A stretch of 56,894 bases of DNA, from assembly GCA_903854995.1 (NCBI GenBank), contig CAINXS010000065.1, positions 1 to 56,894 of the forward strand, in the 5' to 3' direction. The notes beneath the pieces are model-generated. The model ran no database searches. It was given only the letters and a program-made list of their open reading frames with translations, and had not been told where the DNA came from. The position numbers and the translations under genes were made by a program. Shown piece after piece: positions 1 through 10,363 of this stretch (the first letter of the stretch is position 1; every line of letters starts with the position of its first letter). Source of the stretch: Candidatus Moraniibacteriota bacterium (GTDB taxonomy: Bacteria > Patescibacteriota > Minisyncoccia > Moranbacterales > UBA1568).

Positions 1-756
1 GGACTATCAGAAAAGGAGGCTTCCTTATACCTCGCCCTTTTGGAGATCGGATCCGGAAAAGTGCAGGAGCTATATCGGAAAACGGCGCTGAACCGGACGA
101 CTATCTACGACATCCTCGAATCCCTGACACAGAAAGGGCTCGTGAGCAGATACAAGAAGGGTGGCGCGACCTATTTCAACGCCCTTGAGCCTGATCGTTT
201 GCTGACTTACCTTGATCGTGAGGCTGAAGAGCAGGAAAAGCTGACAGAACGGCAGAAACGAAAAATCTCGGATATCCTCCCCCAGCTCGTTTCCATGCAG
301 AACATCTACGCCGCAGGCCGGCCGAAAGTCCGCTTCTTCGAGGGGGAAAAGGGCATGCGCGAGGCGTACGAGGATACGCTTACGGCCAAGGAAGCTATCC
401 TTGCCTATGCCAATGTACAGACGATGCACGAAGGCCTCCCTGATTTCTTCCCGGAATATTACCGCCGGCGCGCAGGGAAAGGGATATTCATAAAAGCGAT
501 CGTCCCACAAAATAAGCTTTCGCATGAACGGTCCCTGCATGATCGGGAGGAGATGCGATCGATTCGCTTTCTCCCGGAGAGCGAACTGTCGTTCTCGCCG
601 GAAGTGAATATCTACGGAAACAAGATGCTCATCGCGTCCTGGAAGGAGAAAATAGCCATTATCATCGAATCGAAGGAGCTCGCCGATCTGCAGAGGCTCA
701 CCTTCGATCTCCTCTGGCGGACGCTTCCGAAACATATCCCTGAACTCGACGCCTGA
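1..756 (+). CDS. TrmB-family transcriptional regulator (5' end runs off the window)
   Basis: Frame 1 is open from base 1 (GLSEKEASLYLALLEIGSGKVQELYRKTALNRTTIYDILESLTQKGLV), a winged-helix N-terminus typical of TrmB-type regulators. ORF-track entry 40..756 is the same frame. Confidence 0.7.
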   Translation, partial: GLSEKEASLYLALLEIGSGKVQELYRKTALNRTTIYDILESLTQKGLVSRYKKGGATYFNALEPDRLLTYLDREAEEQEKLTERQKRKISDILPQLVSMQNIYAAGRPKVRFFEGEKGMREAYEDTLTAKEAILAYANVQTMHEGLPDFFPEYYRRRAGKGIFIKAIVPQNKLSHERSLHDREEMRSIRFLPESELSFSPEVNIYGNKMLIASWKEKIAIIIESKELADLQRLTFDLLWRTLPKHIPELDA

Positions 757-777
757 CCAGATTACGGAAATGATCAC

Positions 778-810
778 GAAAAACCCGCCTTTCGGCGGGC
801 TTTCGTTTTC
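778..810. terminator. Bidirectional intrinsic terminator between the convergent TrmB-like gene and gyrA
   Basis: Stem CCCGCC / GGCGGG with loop TTTC (784-799). It is flanked by an A-run on the left and a T-run on the right. Confidence 0.7.
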
Positions 811-826
811 TTATCTTCCGTTCCCC

Positions 827-861
827 GTTGTCAGTTGTCAGTTGTCAGTTGTCAGTTGTAA
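827..861 (-). repeat. Tandem heptamer array: (GTTGTCA)x4 plus degenerate GTTGTAA; reads TGACAAC on the gyrA strand
   Basis: Direct reading gives four perfect 7-nt units at 827-854 and a fifth degenerate unit at 855-861. The array lies between the gyrA stop (873) and the terminator at 778-810. Confidence 0.9.
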
Positions 862-872
862 GCTCCCCGATA

Positions 873-3329
873 TCAGAGCATCGTAAACGCTCCGACCTTG
901 TCGCCGGACTGGGGCTTCATGACGCGGACACCCTGAGTGACTCGGGAGAGGAGCGGAACGGACTTGAACGGGATGCGGATGATGGTCCCCTTTTCCGAGG
1001 TCAGTATGAGGTCATCCTCGATATTGGCCATGGAGGTGATTGCCGCACCGACGAGCTTGCCGGTCTTATCGGTAACCTTCATCGTCTTGATGCCGGATCC
1101 GCCGCGCTTCTGAACCTTGTAGTGCTTCAGGTCCGACCGCTTTCCTTGGCCGTTCTGGGAAAGGATCAGGAGCTCAAGCCCCTTCTCACCCTTATTGATG
1201 ACGTCCATCGCGACAACCTCGTCGCCGTCGCCGAGACGTATGCCACGGACGCCTGCGGCCGATCGTCCCATGGCACGCACGTCGGTTTCCTTGAAACGGA
1301 TCGCCTGACCGTCCTGGGTCGTCAGGATGATATCGTCGCCTCCGTCGGTCGGCCGCACCCAGCTCAGGAGGTCGCCCTTGTCGAGATTGATCGCGATGAG
1401 ACCCGACCGTCGCACATTCTCGAATTCCTCGATCTTGGTCTTCTTTACCGTTCCGTTGCGGGTCGCCATGAAGAGATACTTCGTGTCATCGCCCTGCTTG
1501 CGTGCGACGAGCTCGGTTATCTTCTCCTCGGGACTGATCTGGATGAAGTTTACGATCGCCGCCCCCTTCGCGGTACGGGACGATTCCGGAATCTCGTAGG
1601 CCTTCAGTTGGAAGACCTTTCCGGTATTCGTGAAGAACATGAGGTCGGCATGCGTCTCGAGCGAGAGCACCATCGCGATCTTGTCCTCTTCCTTGGTGAC
1701 TGCGCCGATCACGCCCTTGCCGCCTCGTTTCTGCACGCGATATGCGTCCGGATTCATGCGCTTGATATACCCGTCCTCGGAGAGCGTGATGATCGCGTCC
1801 TCGTTCGGGATGAGATCCTCCTGCTTGAATTCGCCTATACCGTTCCGGACGACCCGCGTCTTGCGGGCATCACCGTACTTCTCGCGCAGCTCCAGGAGCT
1901 CGGTCTTCACCACGCCGAGCATCTTCTCACGGCTCGAGAGCAGGTCTTCGAGCGTGGCTATGAGCTTCATCTTCTCATCGAGTTCATCCTCGATCTTCTT
2001 GCGCTCCAATCCGGAAAGCGTCTGCAAGCGCATTTCGAGGATCGCGGTCGTCTGCCGATCGGAGAGACGGAAGTTCTTCATGAGGTTCTGGTGCGCCTCC
2101 TCCTTCGTCTTCGACTTTTTGATGGTCGCGATGATCTCGTCGATATGATCGAGCGCCTTCTTGAGACCCTCAAGGATATGCGCGCGGTCCTTGGCCTTGG
2201 CAAGTTCGTATTCTGCCCGGCGCTTCACCACTATCTGTCGATGCGCGATGTAGTGCTCCAGGATGGATTTCAGCGAGAGGATCTGCGGATCGATGCCGTC
2301 CACGAGAGCCAGCATGTTTACCCCGAAATTCTTCTGCAGATCGGTGAGGGTGTAGAGCTGGTTCAGGACCTTCTGCGGATAGGCATCTTTCTTGAGCTCG
2401 ATGACGACACGCACACCATCCTTGTCGCTCTCATCACGCAGATCGCGGATGCCGAGGATCCTTCCTTCCTTCACGAGATCGGCCAACTTCTCGATCAACG
2501 TCGCCTTGTTCGTCTGGTATGTCATCTCGGTGACGACGATCTGGAACGTACCAGCCTTCGTCTCGACGATTTCCGCCTTCGCCCGCATCGCGATCTTCCC
2601 TCTGCCGGTAGCGTACGCCTCCCGGATATCCGAGGATCCATATACGAACCCTCCCGTAGGGAAATCGGGGCCCTTAATGAACTGCATGAGGTCGTCAACG
2701 GTCGCATCCGGATTGTCGATCAGGTGACAGATCCCGTCGGCAAGCTCCTCGAGATTGTGCGGCGGGATATTCGTCGCCATACCGACGGCGATACCGACGG
2801 TTCCGTTCAAAAGAAGTTGCGGGAGCTTCGCCGGAAGCACCGTCGGCTCCATGTGCACCCCGTCGAAGTTCGGAACGAAATCGACGGTATCCTTTTCTAT
2901 ATCCAACAGCATTTCCTCGGCGATCGGCGCAAGCTTCGCCTCGGTATAGCGGTATGCCGCCGGGCTGTCGCCATCCATCGATCCGAAGTTACCCTGACCC
3001 CAGACAAGCGGATATCGCAGGGAAAAATCCTGTGCCATGCGGACCATGGTATCGTACACGGCCGTATCGCCGTGCGGATGCCACTTTCCAAGCACCTCGC
3101 CGACCACCGTAGCCGACTTACGGAACTTCGCCGTCGATCGGAGGCCGGTCGACCACATGGAATACAATATGCGACGATGAACCGGCTTCATACCGTCACG
3201 TACGTCCGGGAGCGCCCGGGAGACGATCACGCTCATCGCATAGTCAAGATACGACTGTCGCACCTCGTCGGTAATCTGACGCTCTTCGATCCTTCCGTTC
3301 ACATCGATGTCCTGCTGTTCCTGAGCCAT
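873..3329 (-). CDS. gyrA: DNA gyrase subunit A
   Basis: 818 aa. N-terminus [40 protein letters not shown] is the canonical GyrA motif including the active-site region. C-terminal beta-pinwheel repeats are present. Confidence 0.97.
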   Translation of the reverse strand: MAQEQQDIDVNGRIEERQITDEVRQSYLDYAMSVIVSRALPDVRDGMKPVHRRILYSMWSTGLRSTAKFRKSATVVGEVLGKWHPHGDTAVYDTMVRMAQDFSLRYPLVWGQGNFGSMDGDSPAAYRYTEAKLAPIAEEMLLDIEKDTVDFVPNFDGVHMEPTVLPAKLPQLLLNGTVGIAVGMATNIPPHNLEELADGICHLIDNPDATVDDLMQFIKGPDFPTGGFVYGSSDIREAYATGRGKIAMRAKAEIVETKAGTFQIVVTEMTYQTNKATLIEKLADLVKEGRILGIRDLRDESDKDGVRVVIELKKDAYPQKVLNQLYTLTDLQKNFGVNMLALVDGIDPQILSLKSILEHYIAHRQIVVKRRAEYELAKAKDRAHILEGLKKALDHIDEIIATIKKSKTKEEAHQNLMKNFRLSDRQTTAILEMRLQTLSGLERKKIEDELDEKMKLIATLEDLLSSREKMLGVVKTELLELREKYGDARKTRVVRNGIGEFKQEDLIPNEDAIITLSEDGYIKRMNPDAYRVQKRGGKGVIGAVTKEEDKIAMVLSLETHADLMFFTNTGKVFQLKAYEIPESSRTAKGAAIVNFIQISPEEKITELVARKQGDDTKYLFMATRNGTVKKTKIEEFENVRRSGLIAINLDKGDLLSWVRPTDGGDDIILTTQDGQAIRFKETDVRAMGRSAAGVRGIRLGDGDEVVAMDVINKGEKGLELLILSQNGQGKRSDLKHYKVQKRGGSGIKTMKVTDKTGKLVGAAITSMANIEDDLILTSEKGTIIRIPFKSVPLLSRVTQGVRVMKPQSGDKVGAFTML

Positions 3330-3367
3330 ACGGTATGTATACTTATTTTTGCCTTACTCCCCCGATA

Positions 3368-3679
3368 CTATCGGGCGGAATCCTGCGCTGAGCCGGGAAC
3401 GCCCTCGTCCGTGAGCGTGGTGGACTCAATCATCTGCGTGATTGACTGCCCCTGGTTCTCGATCTCCCTTATTGACGACGGTATCGACTGCTGAATCGCC
3501 TTCGTATCGGCCGGCACCATAGCCCGCAGCCCGTTACGAAGCGTCATGATCCAGAACAGGAAGATGAGCACCATCACGGTCAGTACCGCTCCCCAGACAT
3601 ACCTGACCCGGATCTGTTCGGGTTCTTGGCGTATTTCGTCGACTTTCCGGGCAATGAATTCCTTCATAATGACTAGCAT
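3368..3679 (-). CDS. Small hypothetical membrane protein (one TM helix)
   Basis: 103-aa ORF with hydrophobic segment YVWGAVLTVMVLIFLFWIMTL. It is packed between the MBL-fold gene and gyrA on the same strand. Start may be 3679 or 3667 (MKEF...). Confidence 0.5.
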   Translation of the reverse strand: MLVIMKEFIARKVDEIRQEPEQIRVRYVWGAVLTVMVLIFLFWIMTLRNGLRAMVPADTKAIQQSIPSSIREIENQGQSITQMIESTTLTDEGVPGSAQDSAR

Positions 3680-4332
3680 TTCTGGAGAAACACGATTTCC
3701 ATGCTCTTCCCGTCCAAATCTTTCTTCTTGAAATTGAGTTTCGGAAGCTCTTCACCTATCTTGCATCCCGTCTCCCGACAGAACGCTTCCGGTCCATCGG
3801 CATCAACCGTCACGCCGGCGGTCCGGTAATGCATAGGGATGACAATCTTCGGCTCGATAGCGCGGATCATCTCGTCAACTTTCTTCGTCGGAACGGATTC
3901 CCCTCCGCCCACCGGGATAAACAGTACGTCTATATCGCCGACCTTACCGACCGTATTGCTGTCAAGCTCATGGCCGACCGCCCCGAGAAACGCAAGGCGA
4001 ACCTCCTCGGAATCGAATACGTAAATGGTATTCTGACCACGGCTCGCGCCCCCTTCCGAATCACGAAAGCTCGGAAAACCGAGAATACCGACGCCTTTCG
4101 CCGCATATTCCCCCGGCGTATGAATGATGACCGGATCATCCTTCAGCCCCCCGAGCGACTCGTCGGACAGATCAAGATGCGACAACAGCACGATATCCGC
4201 GTGGCCGAAAGGAGATCGGATTCCCGTTTTCCGCTCGGGAAGATCGGTCCAGATTACCACGTCCTCCGTGGCCCGGCCGGCCGGCTTTGTGGTTATCTTG
4301 AAGCAATAGTCCCCGTAGTACTGTATGTTCAT
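3673..4332 (-). CDS. MBL-fold (Lactamase_B_3-like) metal-dependent hydrolase
   Basis: 219 aa. Overall pattern (MNIQYYGDYCFKI..., DIVLLSHLDLSD, VLFIPVGG, IVIPMHY) resembles UPF0173/UlaG-like beta-lactamase-fold hydrolases. Confidence 0.6.
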   Translation of the reverse strand: MNIQYYGDYCFKITTKPAGRATEDVVIWTDLPERKTGIRSPFGHADIVLLSHLDLSDESLGGLKDDPVIIHTPGEYAAKGVGILGFPSFRDSEGGASRGQNTIYVFDSEEVRLAFLGAVGHELDSNTVGKVGDIDVLFIPVGGGESVPTKKVDEMIRAIEPKIVIPMHYRTAGVTVDADGPEAFCRETGCKIGEELPKLNFKKKDLDGKSMEIVFLQKC

Positions 4333-4544
4333 GACGGTCGTTCAAAAAAGAAAAGGCCCTGTGGCGAAATGAAGTCTAGCATGAAACAAGCCGTCCTGCC
4401 AAGCGTTAAATGGCTGTCAGACTTGCCATTTATCGGAAAACGATGTATCCTTTCCCGTACGCTTCCCGGGGTGACCTGGAGGACCTGAAAGTGGCGCAAT
4501 AATCGATAATCGGGGACAGCGCCAAGCCCCGCACAATACGTGAT

Positions 4545-5705
4545 ATGACAAAAGCAATAACCGAGAAGGATCTTTCGACCCTTCTGACGGAAGATTCGGT
4601 GATGATACCGGCGGTTGGCGACGTCGTCACCGGCGTGGTAATCAATGTCTCTTCGAACCATGCACTCGTCGACCTCGGCCCCCTCGGGACGGGCGTCGTC
4701 CTGGGAAAGGAGATGAAGAGCGGCCTCGGGGGCAACGCCAAACTGTTCGTAGGCGAGGAAATCAGCGCGACGCTGACAAGCCTCGAGAACGAGGATGGCG
4801 ATATCGAGATTTCCATCCGCGAAGCCTCCTACGAGAAGTCGTGGGAGGATCTCCAGGAGAAACTCGAGAACAAGGTCGTCGTCGATACGAAGGTGCTCGA
4901 TGCGAACAAAGGCGGCCTCATGGTGGAACTCAACGGCATCATGGGCTTCCTTCCGGTCTCCCAGCTTGCCAACGAGCACTATCCTCGCGTAGAGGATGGC
5001 GACAAGAACAAGATTTTGGAGCTCTTAAAAGCCCTTATCGGTGTCACTATCAATGTCCGCATTCTTGATACCGACCGCGAGAACGAGAAGCTGATCGTCA
5101 GTGAAAAGGCCGCTCAAAGCGAACGCGATCGCGAACTCATCAATCGGCTTCGCGCCGGCGATGAGATCGAAGGCGAGGTATCCGGCGTCGTCGACTTCGG
5201 AGCATTCGTCAAATTCGATGCCCCGACAGACAAGGACGGCAAGAAGTCGAGCCAGAAGCTCGAAGGACTGGTGCACATCTCGGAGCTTGCCTGGCAACTC
5301 ATCGATGATCCGCGTGAGATCGTGAAGACCGGCGATCATGTGAAAGCGAAGATCATCGGCATCGAGGATACCCGCATTTCGCTTTCCATGAAGGCTCTCA
5401 AGGAAGACCCGTGGACCAAGGTCGCGGAACGCTACGCGGTCAATCAGACCGTTTCCGGCAAGATCGACAAGATCAACCACTTCGGAGCGTTCGTATACCT
5501 CGACAAGGATATCCACGGATTGGCGCATGTATCCGAATTCCACGACGTCTACCCGGGGCGAAAGATGGAAGACATCTTCAAGGTCGGGGAAACCTATGAC
5601 TGGAAGATACTGTCCATCGAACCCAAGGCGCATCGCATGGGGCTTCTCCCCATCAAGGACGGGGCAAAAAAGAAGAAGGACGTCGAAGAAAAGGACGAGA
5701 AATAA
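4545..5705 (+). CDS. rpsA: 30S ribosomal protein S1 (multi-S1-domain protein)
   Basis: 386 aa with repeated S1 OB-fold signatures (VGDVVTGVVINV..., GDEIEGEVSGVVDFGAFVKF, VSGKIDKINHFGAFVYLD). Confidence 0.85.
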   Translation: MTKAITEKDLSTLLTEDSVMIPAVGDVVTGVVINVSSNHALVDLGPLGTGVVLGKEMKSGLGGNAKLFVGEEISATLTSLENEDGDIEISIREASYEKSWEDLQEKLENKVVVDTKVLDANKGGLMVELNGIMGFLPVSQLANEHYPRVEDGDKNKILELLKALIGVTINVRILDTDRENEKLIVSEKAAQSERDRELINRLRAGDEIEGEVSGVVDFGAFVKFDAPTDKDGKKSSQKLEGLVHISELAWQLIDDPREIVKTGDHVKAKIIGIEDTRISLSMKALKEDPWTKVAERYAVNQTVSGKIDKINHFGAFVYLDKDIHGLAHVSEFHDVYPGRKMEDIFKVGETYDWKILSIEPKAHRMGLLPIKDGAKKKKDVEEKDEK

Positions 5706-5710
5706 GCCCA

Positions 5711-5740
5711 GAAAGTCCCGCCGCGCGCGGGACTTTTCTT
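5711..5740 (+). terminator. Intrinsic terminator after rpsA
   Basis: GAAAGTCCCGC / GCGGGACTTTT hairpin followed by a T-rich tract. Confidence 0.7.
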
Positions 5741-5762
5741 ACCCGTACCGTAATAAAAATTC

Positions 5763-6341
5763 ATGAACACGCAAAGCCTTTTCATCCTTTCCGGTCCGTC
5801 CGGAGCCGGAGAAGATTCCATCATAAACGCGCTTTCCAAACGACTTCCTGTGGAGCGCGTCGTCACGACCACGACTCGGGATCCCCGTCCCGGCGAAACC
5901 CAGGGGAATCCCTACTATTTCGTATCGCGCGCCACTTTCGACGCGATGATCGCCACCGATTCGCTTGCGGAGTGGGCTGAGGAATATAATGGCAACCTGT
6001 ACGGTGTCACGCGCGAGGAACTGATACGTGTATCGTCTTCCGATAAGATCGGGATTTGGAAAATCGAATGGAAAGGCGTCTTAACGGCAAAACGGATGTT
6101 TCCTGGCATAATTTCCATTCTCATATCGGCACCGCTTGAAAGTATCGAGGCTCGGATACGGAAACGGGACAATCTTTCGGAAGCGTATCTGGCGGAACGG
6201 ATGGAATATACCAGGGAATGGATGACCCATACCGATATCTATGACTACACGATCGAAAACCGCGACGGCGAGCTCGAAAAAGCCGTCGACCAAGCGGAAG
6301 CTATCATCCGGCGGCACTCGGAACTCCCAGAAAGGTCCTAA
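5763..6341 (+). CDS. gmk: Guanylate kinase
   Basis: 192 aa. P-loop LSGPSGAGEDS, then TTRDPRPGETQGNPYYFVS, typical of Gmk. Confidence 0.9.
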   Translation: MNTQSLFILSGPSGAGEDSIINALSKRLPVERVVTTTTRDPRPGETQGNPYYFVSRATFDAMIATDSLAEWAEEYNGNLYGVTREELIRVSSSDKIGIWKIEWKGVLTAKRMFPGIISILISAPLESIEARIRKRDNLSEAYLAERMEYTREWMTHTDIYDYTIENRDGELEKAVDQAEAIIRRHSELPERS

Positions 6342-6348
6342 GGTTTTT

Positions 6349-7341
6349 TTGCCGACTTCCTCGTACGGACGCACGCTCATCAAACGCGTCCGGAATAACG
6401 ACGTCGAATACGGACTTTTGGCCAGAAACGCCGCGATTTTGGTCGGTTGTTCCGGAGGGCCGGACAGTGTCGCCTTGTTGCATATCCTTTTGGCGTTGCG
6501 CTCAAAACTCAGCCTTCGGCTCGGCGTAGCGCACGTCAACTACGGAATCAGGGGGCTCGACGCGAATGAGGACGAATCGCTGGTCCGGAGGCTTTGTGTC
6601 GCATACGACATTCCTTTCTACACGTATTATCCACGTCGCGTACAGGGAATGAACGAGCAGGTTCTGCGGGATGTGCGGTATGCTTTTTTCAGAACGGTAC
6701 TTCGACGAGAGCGTTTCGACGTCGTTTCGGTAGCCCATACCCGGGATGATCAGGCTGAAACGGTACTCATCCGATTGCTCCGAGGAGCGGGCCCGGATGG
6801 GCTGTCCGCAATGCGTCCCGCCCACGATCACATTATCAGACCCCTGCTCGATATCACGAAAGCGGAACTCCTGGAATTTCTTTCGAAAGAAGGCATCCGA
6901 TTCAGAGTCGATTCGACGAATCGCGACATGAAAATCCTCCGAAACCGCATCCGACACGAACTGATTCCCCTCCTTGATAGCGATTATCGTCCGGGCATAG
7001 TAGCCGTTCTCGCCCGGACTGCCCGGATTCTGGATTCTTTTCCATCAGCAGACGAACACCGGCACTATCTCGCGACCGAAATCATTCCGGGAGGAGTCTC
7101 TTTCGGGGTCACGGACTTCTTGGCACTTTCGAACGTCGACCGTGCCCACGAGCTCCGCGGATTGTACCAGATCGTCTCCGGAACAGGGCTGTATCCGCCG
7201 GAATCATTCGTCAGGGAGGTGATCAAACTCATCATCAGCAGGAAGAACAAGGTGAGGATATACCGCTCCGGACGGTTGAAAATCGAGGCGAGAGGTGATA
7301 GAGTGGCCATTGTACAGGTTTTTTTCCGTTCTAAATCGTGA
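6349..7341 (+). CDS. tilS: tRNA(Ile)-lysidine synthetase
   Basis: PP-loop motif VGCSGGPDSVALL, then HVNYGIRG and AHTRDDQAETVL. The ORF is open from 6241 but that would overlap gmk by 100 nt. The first plausible start after the gmk stop is TTG at 6349 (start uncertain). Confidence 0.85.
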   Translation: MPTSSYGRTLIKRVRNNDVEYGLLARNAAILVGCSGGPDSVALLHILLALRSKLSLRLGVAHVNYGIRGLDANEDESLVRRLCVAYDIPFYTYYPRRVQGMNEQVLRDVRYAFFRTVLRRERFDVVSVAHTRDDQAETVLIRLLRGAGPDGLSAMRPAHDHIIRPLLDITKAELLEFLSKEGIRFRVDSTNRDMKILRNRIRHELIPLLDSDYRPGIVAVLARTARILDSFPSADEHRHYLATEIIPGGVSFGVTDFLALSNVDRAHELRGLYQIVSGTGLYPPESFVREVIKLIISRKNKVRIYRSGRLKIEARGDRVAIVQVFFRSKS

Positions 7342-9230
7342 AGACGCTTCCTATGGACAAATTCATGAAAAACATCGTGACGATTGTAATCGTCTTTTTT
7401 GTCGTTTCAGGCATTCTTATCCTTGCCCAAGACAACGCTCCTCGACCGGAAACGGTCTCTCTTTCGGCCCTTGTCTCCCAGATTAACGATGGTCAGGTAA
7501 AGAAGATCGACGTCTCGGCAAACGATCTGTCCATCGAACTCACGGACGGAAAGACCGAAAAAAGCCAAAAGGAAGCGGAATCCTCGCTGACGGAAACCCT
7601 TAAGAACTACGGCGTCGACACTGGAAAACTCGCGGCGGTATCCGTAGACATAAAGACAGAATCTGGCACCTCTTTTTGGGCGACCGCGATACTCCCCTTT
7701 CTTCTGCCTTTTCTGCTCGTCGGCGGCTTCGTATGGTTCATGATGCGACAGGCTCAACGTGGAAACTCGCAAGCAATGAACTTTGGCCTTTCACGGGCCA
7801 GAATTCTCGATCCGAAAAACAAGAACAAGCGCATTACATTCGCAGACGTGGCCGGTTCAAAAGAAGCGAAGGAGGAGCTCCGGGAAATCGTGGAATTCTT
7901 GAAGCATCCGAAAAAATTTCTCGCGATGGGCGCCAAAATTCCGAAAGGAGTACTGCTCCTCGGGTCGCCTGGAACAGGCAAGACGCTTATCGCCAAGGCC
8001 GTTGCTGGCGAGGCAGGCGTTCCGTTCTTCAATATTTCGGGCTCCGAATTCGTTGAGATGTTCGTCGGCGTCGGCGCGAGTCGAGTTCGTGACCTTTTCA
8101 AACAGGCGAAGAAAAGCGCTCCTGCCATCGTTTTTATCGATGAAATCGATGCGGTCGGCCGACACCGCGGCGCAGGCCTCGGCGGAGGCCATGATGAACG
8201 CGAACAGACCCTGAATCAGATCCTGGTCGAAATGGACGGCTTCGAGACGGAAACGAACGTTATCGTCATCGCCGCGACGAACCGTCCGGACGTCCTGGAT
8301 CCGGCCCTCCTTCGCCCTGGCCGCTTTGATCGCCGGGTAACCATGGATTTGCCCGATATAAACGATCGTGAGGCTATTTTGAATATCCATCTCAAAGGCA
8401 AACCCCTTTCCAAGGAGGTGAATGTCAGACGCCTTGCCGAACGGACTCCCGGCTTTTCGGGTGCCGATCTCGCGAATCTCGTCAACGAGGCAGCTATTCT
8501 TGCCACCAGGAGGTCAAAGAAGGAAATCGGCATGGCGGAACTCACGGAATCGATCGAGAAGGTCATCCTCGGTCCCGAGCGCAGGAGCCGTGTCATAAGC
8601 CAGAAGGAGAAGGAGATCATTGCCTACCACGAAGCCGGTCACGCACTCGTGGCAGCGAGCCTTCCGAATGCCGATCCCGTTCAAAAAATATCGATCATTT
8701 CCCGCGGACATGCCGGCGGCTACACACTCGCGGTTCCCACTGAAGACAAGAGCCTGCACTCCTCCGCATATTTCATCGATGAGCTGTCCGTTCTCCTTGG
8801 CGGGTATTCCGCGGAACGCCTCACCTTCGGGGACACGACGACGGGGCCGTCCAACGATCTCGAGCGAGCGACGGCACTCGCTCGGGGAATGGTGACCCGC
8901 TACGGGATGAGTCGCCTTGGTGCCAGGACATTCGGGCACAAGGAGGAACTTGTTTTTCTCGGAAAGGAGCTTCATGAGGAACGGAACTACTCGGACGAGA
9001 CCGCGAAAATGATCGACAACGAGGTCGCCAAACTGATCGAGGATGCCCTCGCGCGCTCTTCGGCGATTCTGACGGAAAAACGGGACCTGCTGAAGTCGTT
9101 GGCGGATGCGTTGCTGACCAGGGAAACCATCGAGAAGGACGACTTCGACGCGATGATAGCGGGAAAGCCGATTTTACCGTTCGACGAGTCGGTTTCCGTT
9201 TCCACAAAAGCAAGCTCGGACGCCGAATAG
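7338..9230 (+). CDS. ftsH: ATP-dependent zinc metalloprotease FtsH
   Basis: 630 aa. N-terminal TM helices, Walker [27 protein letters not shown] region, zinc site HEAGHAL. It overlaps the tilS stop by 4 nt. Confidence 0.97.
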   Translation: MKTLPMDKFMKNIVTIVIVFFVVSGILILAQDNAPRPETVSLSALVSQINDGQVKKIDVSANDLSIELTDGKTEKSQKEAESSLTETLKNYGVDTGKLAAVSVDIKTESGTSFWATAILPFLLPFLLVGGFVWFMMRQAQRGNSQAMNFGLSRARILDPKNKNKRITFADVAGSKEAKEELREIVEFLKHPKKFLAMGAKIPKGVLLLGSPGTGKTLIAKAVAGEAGVPFFNISGSEFVEMFVGVGASRVRDLFKQAKKSAPAIVFIDEIDAVGRHRGAGLGGGHDEREQTLNQILVEMDGFETETNVIVIAATNRPDVLDPALLRPGRFDRRVTMDLPDINDREAILNIHLKGKPLSKEVNVRRLAERTPGFSGADLANLVNEAAILATRRSKKEIGMAELTESIEKVILGPERRSRVISQKEKEIIAYHEAGHALVAASLPNADPVQKISIISRGHAGGYTLAVPTEDKSLHSSAYFIDELSVLLGGYSAERLTFGDTTTGPSNDLERATALARGMVTRYGMSRLGARTFGHKEELVFLGKELHEERNYSDETAKMIDNEVAKLIEDALARSSAILTEKRDLLKSLADALLTRETIEKDDFDAMIAGKPILPFDESVSVSTKASSDAE

Positions 9231-9277
9231 ACGACGCTCGTATTTGACACGTCATCGTCAAAGACGATGAGAATCAT

Positions 9278-10147
9278 ATGGACGAACTACGCCTGTTTTT
9301 CGGATATTATGTTGAAGCGGCACGTCGGTTTCCCAAAAGCGTCTTATCAGTATTTATGGCGTTCATGGGAACGCTGTTCGGAACGACCATACCGGGTCTT
9401 TTCCAGGAGGGTTTCCCCCTCGATTCGTGGGCGCCGTATGCATCGTCCGCATTCGCTTCCCATCCCTTTCTGTTCCTGCTGGTACCGATCTCAATCTCGA
9501 TCGTCCTATTCTTTACGGCCGCTCTGACTACGGCTTTCAGATCGGAAAGCAAGCCGTCATTCGGAATCGTGTTTCGAAAGTGCGGACGAATTTTCCCAAG
9601 ACTGCTCTCACTGAAGCTCGCGTTGGTTTCCGCCGCGCTGGTATGTCTGTCGGTACTCAGTTTGCCAGGATTCATTGCTATCGGGATAAGCCCGTCTCTC
9701 GCCCGAATCCTATCACTGTCCGGCATCGCGCTGTTTCTCATTATCTTCGTCATTCTCATATTTTCAGAGACATATGCCTCCTTATTCGTCATAACTTCGG
9801 AAACGTCATTTTCATCCTCACTGAAGCTCGGGTATTCGCTCTTTGTCAAAAGGATGTCGACGAGCCTCATATTCGCTCTGGTATCGTTTGCGATAGTACT
9901 CCTTTTTTCCGTATCGACGGAGGTGCTCCTGTACGCGGCAAACGTCTTCTTTCCGGCCTCACTCCTCCGTGAATCGCTTTTATCGGCAATCATCATCCTC
10001 ATGCAGTCGACACTCTTCTTTCTCCGAACATTCGCACTGCTCTCATTCTTCACGTTCATCAATACGCCTCAGCAGACGACTCACGAGCCGGAGACTTCAC
10101 AAAATGTCGAAAAGGTGATACAAAAGGAAGTACCGGAAATCGGATAG
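9278..10147 (+). CDS. Hypothetical polytopic membrane protein
   Basis: 289 aa with about 6-7 hydrophobic helices. No recognisable motif. Confidence 0.55.
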   Translation: MDELRLFFGYYVEAARRFPKSVLSVFMAFMGTLFGTTIPGLFQEGFPLDSWAPYASSAFASHPFLFLLVPISISIVLFFTAALTTAFRSESKPSFGIVFRKCGRIFPRLLSLKLALVSAALVCLSVLSLPGFIAIGISPSLARILSLSGIALFLIIFVILIFSETYASLFVITSETSFSSSLKLGYSLFVKRMSTSLIFALVSFAIVLLFSVSTEVLLYAANVFFPASLLRESLLSAIIILMQSTLFFLRTFALLSFFTFINTPQQTTHEPETSQNVEKVIQKEVPEIG

Positions 10148-10188
10148 GATTTCGACAACGACCGTAGTCGTCATATTGGGAAATTCGT

Positions 10189-10262
10189 GGGCGGCTAGCT
10201 CAGTTGGTTAGAGCGCCACATTGACATTGTGGAGGTCACAAGTTCGAATCTTGTGTCGCCCA
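10189..10262 (+). tRNA. tRNA-Val (anticodon GAC)
   Basis: Hand-folded cloverleaf: acceptor GGGCGGC/GTCGCCC, D arm GCTC..GAGC, anticodon stem CCACA/TGTGG with loop TTGACAT, T arm ACAAG-TTCGAAT-CTTGT, discriminator A. CCA is not encoded. Confidence 0.9.
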
Positions 10263-10321
10263 CGAATTTCCGAAATAGCCGCAGAGGGACCGCATCGACA
10301 AATCGCAACCATATACGGTAC

Positions 10322-10351
10322 AAAAAAAAACGGCCATAGGCCGTTTTTTAT
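10322..10351. terminator. Bidirectional intrinsic terminator
   Basis: AAAAAAAAACGGCC-ATA-GGCCGTTTTTTATT lies between tRNA-Val (+) and the convergent minus-strand secreted-protein gene. Confidence 0.75.
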
Positions 10352-10363
10352 TCCCGAATTCGC

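Noticed and set aside
828-3494. 888-aa ORF on the plus strand
   Set aside because: It is entirely antisense to gyrA, whose product has unmistakable GyrA motifs. The plus-strand translation is low-complexity (Arg/Leu/Asp-rich), the usual shadow ORF of a GC-balanced gene.
6241-6348. N-terminal 36 codons of the tilS ORF as given in the track
   Set aside because: They overlap the 3' 100 nt of gmk in another frame and encode a Ser/Lys/Thr-rich peptide unlike TilS N-termini. A start just after the gmk stop (TTG 6349) is more plausible, although it remains unverified.
9307-10062. 251-aa minus-strand ORF
   Set aside because: It is antisense to the polytopic membrane-protein ORF. The plus-strand product has a coherent TM-helix pattern, whereas the minus-strand product is Arg/Ser-rich low complexity. 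Neither has a family match, so this choice carries moderate confidence only.
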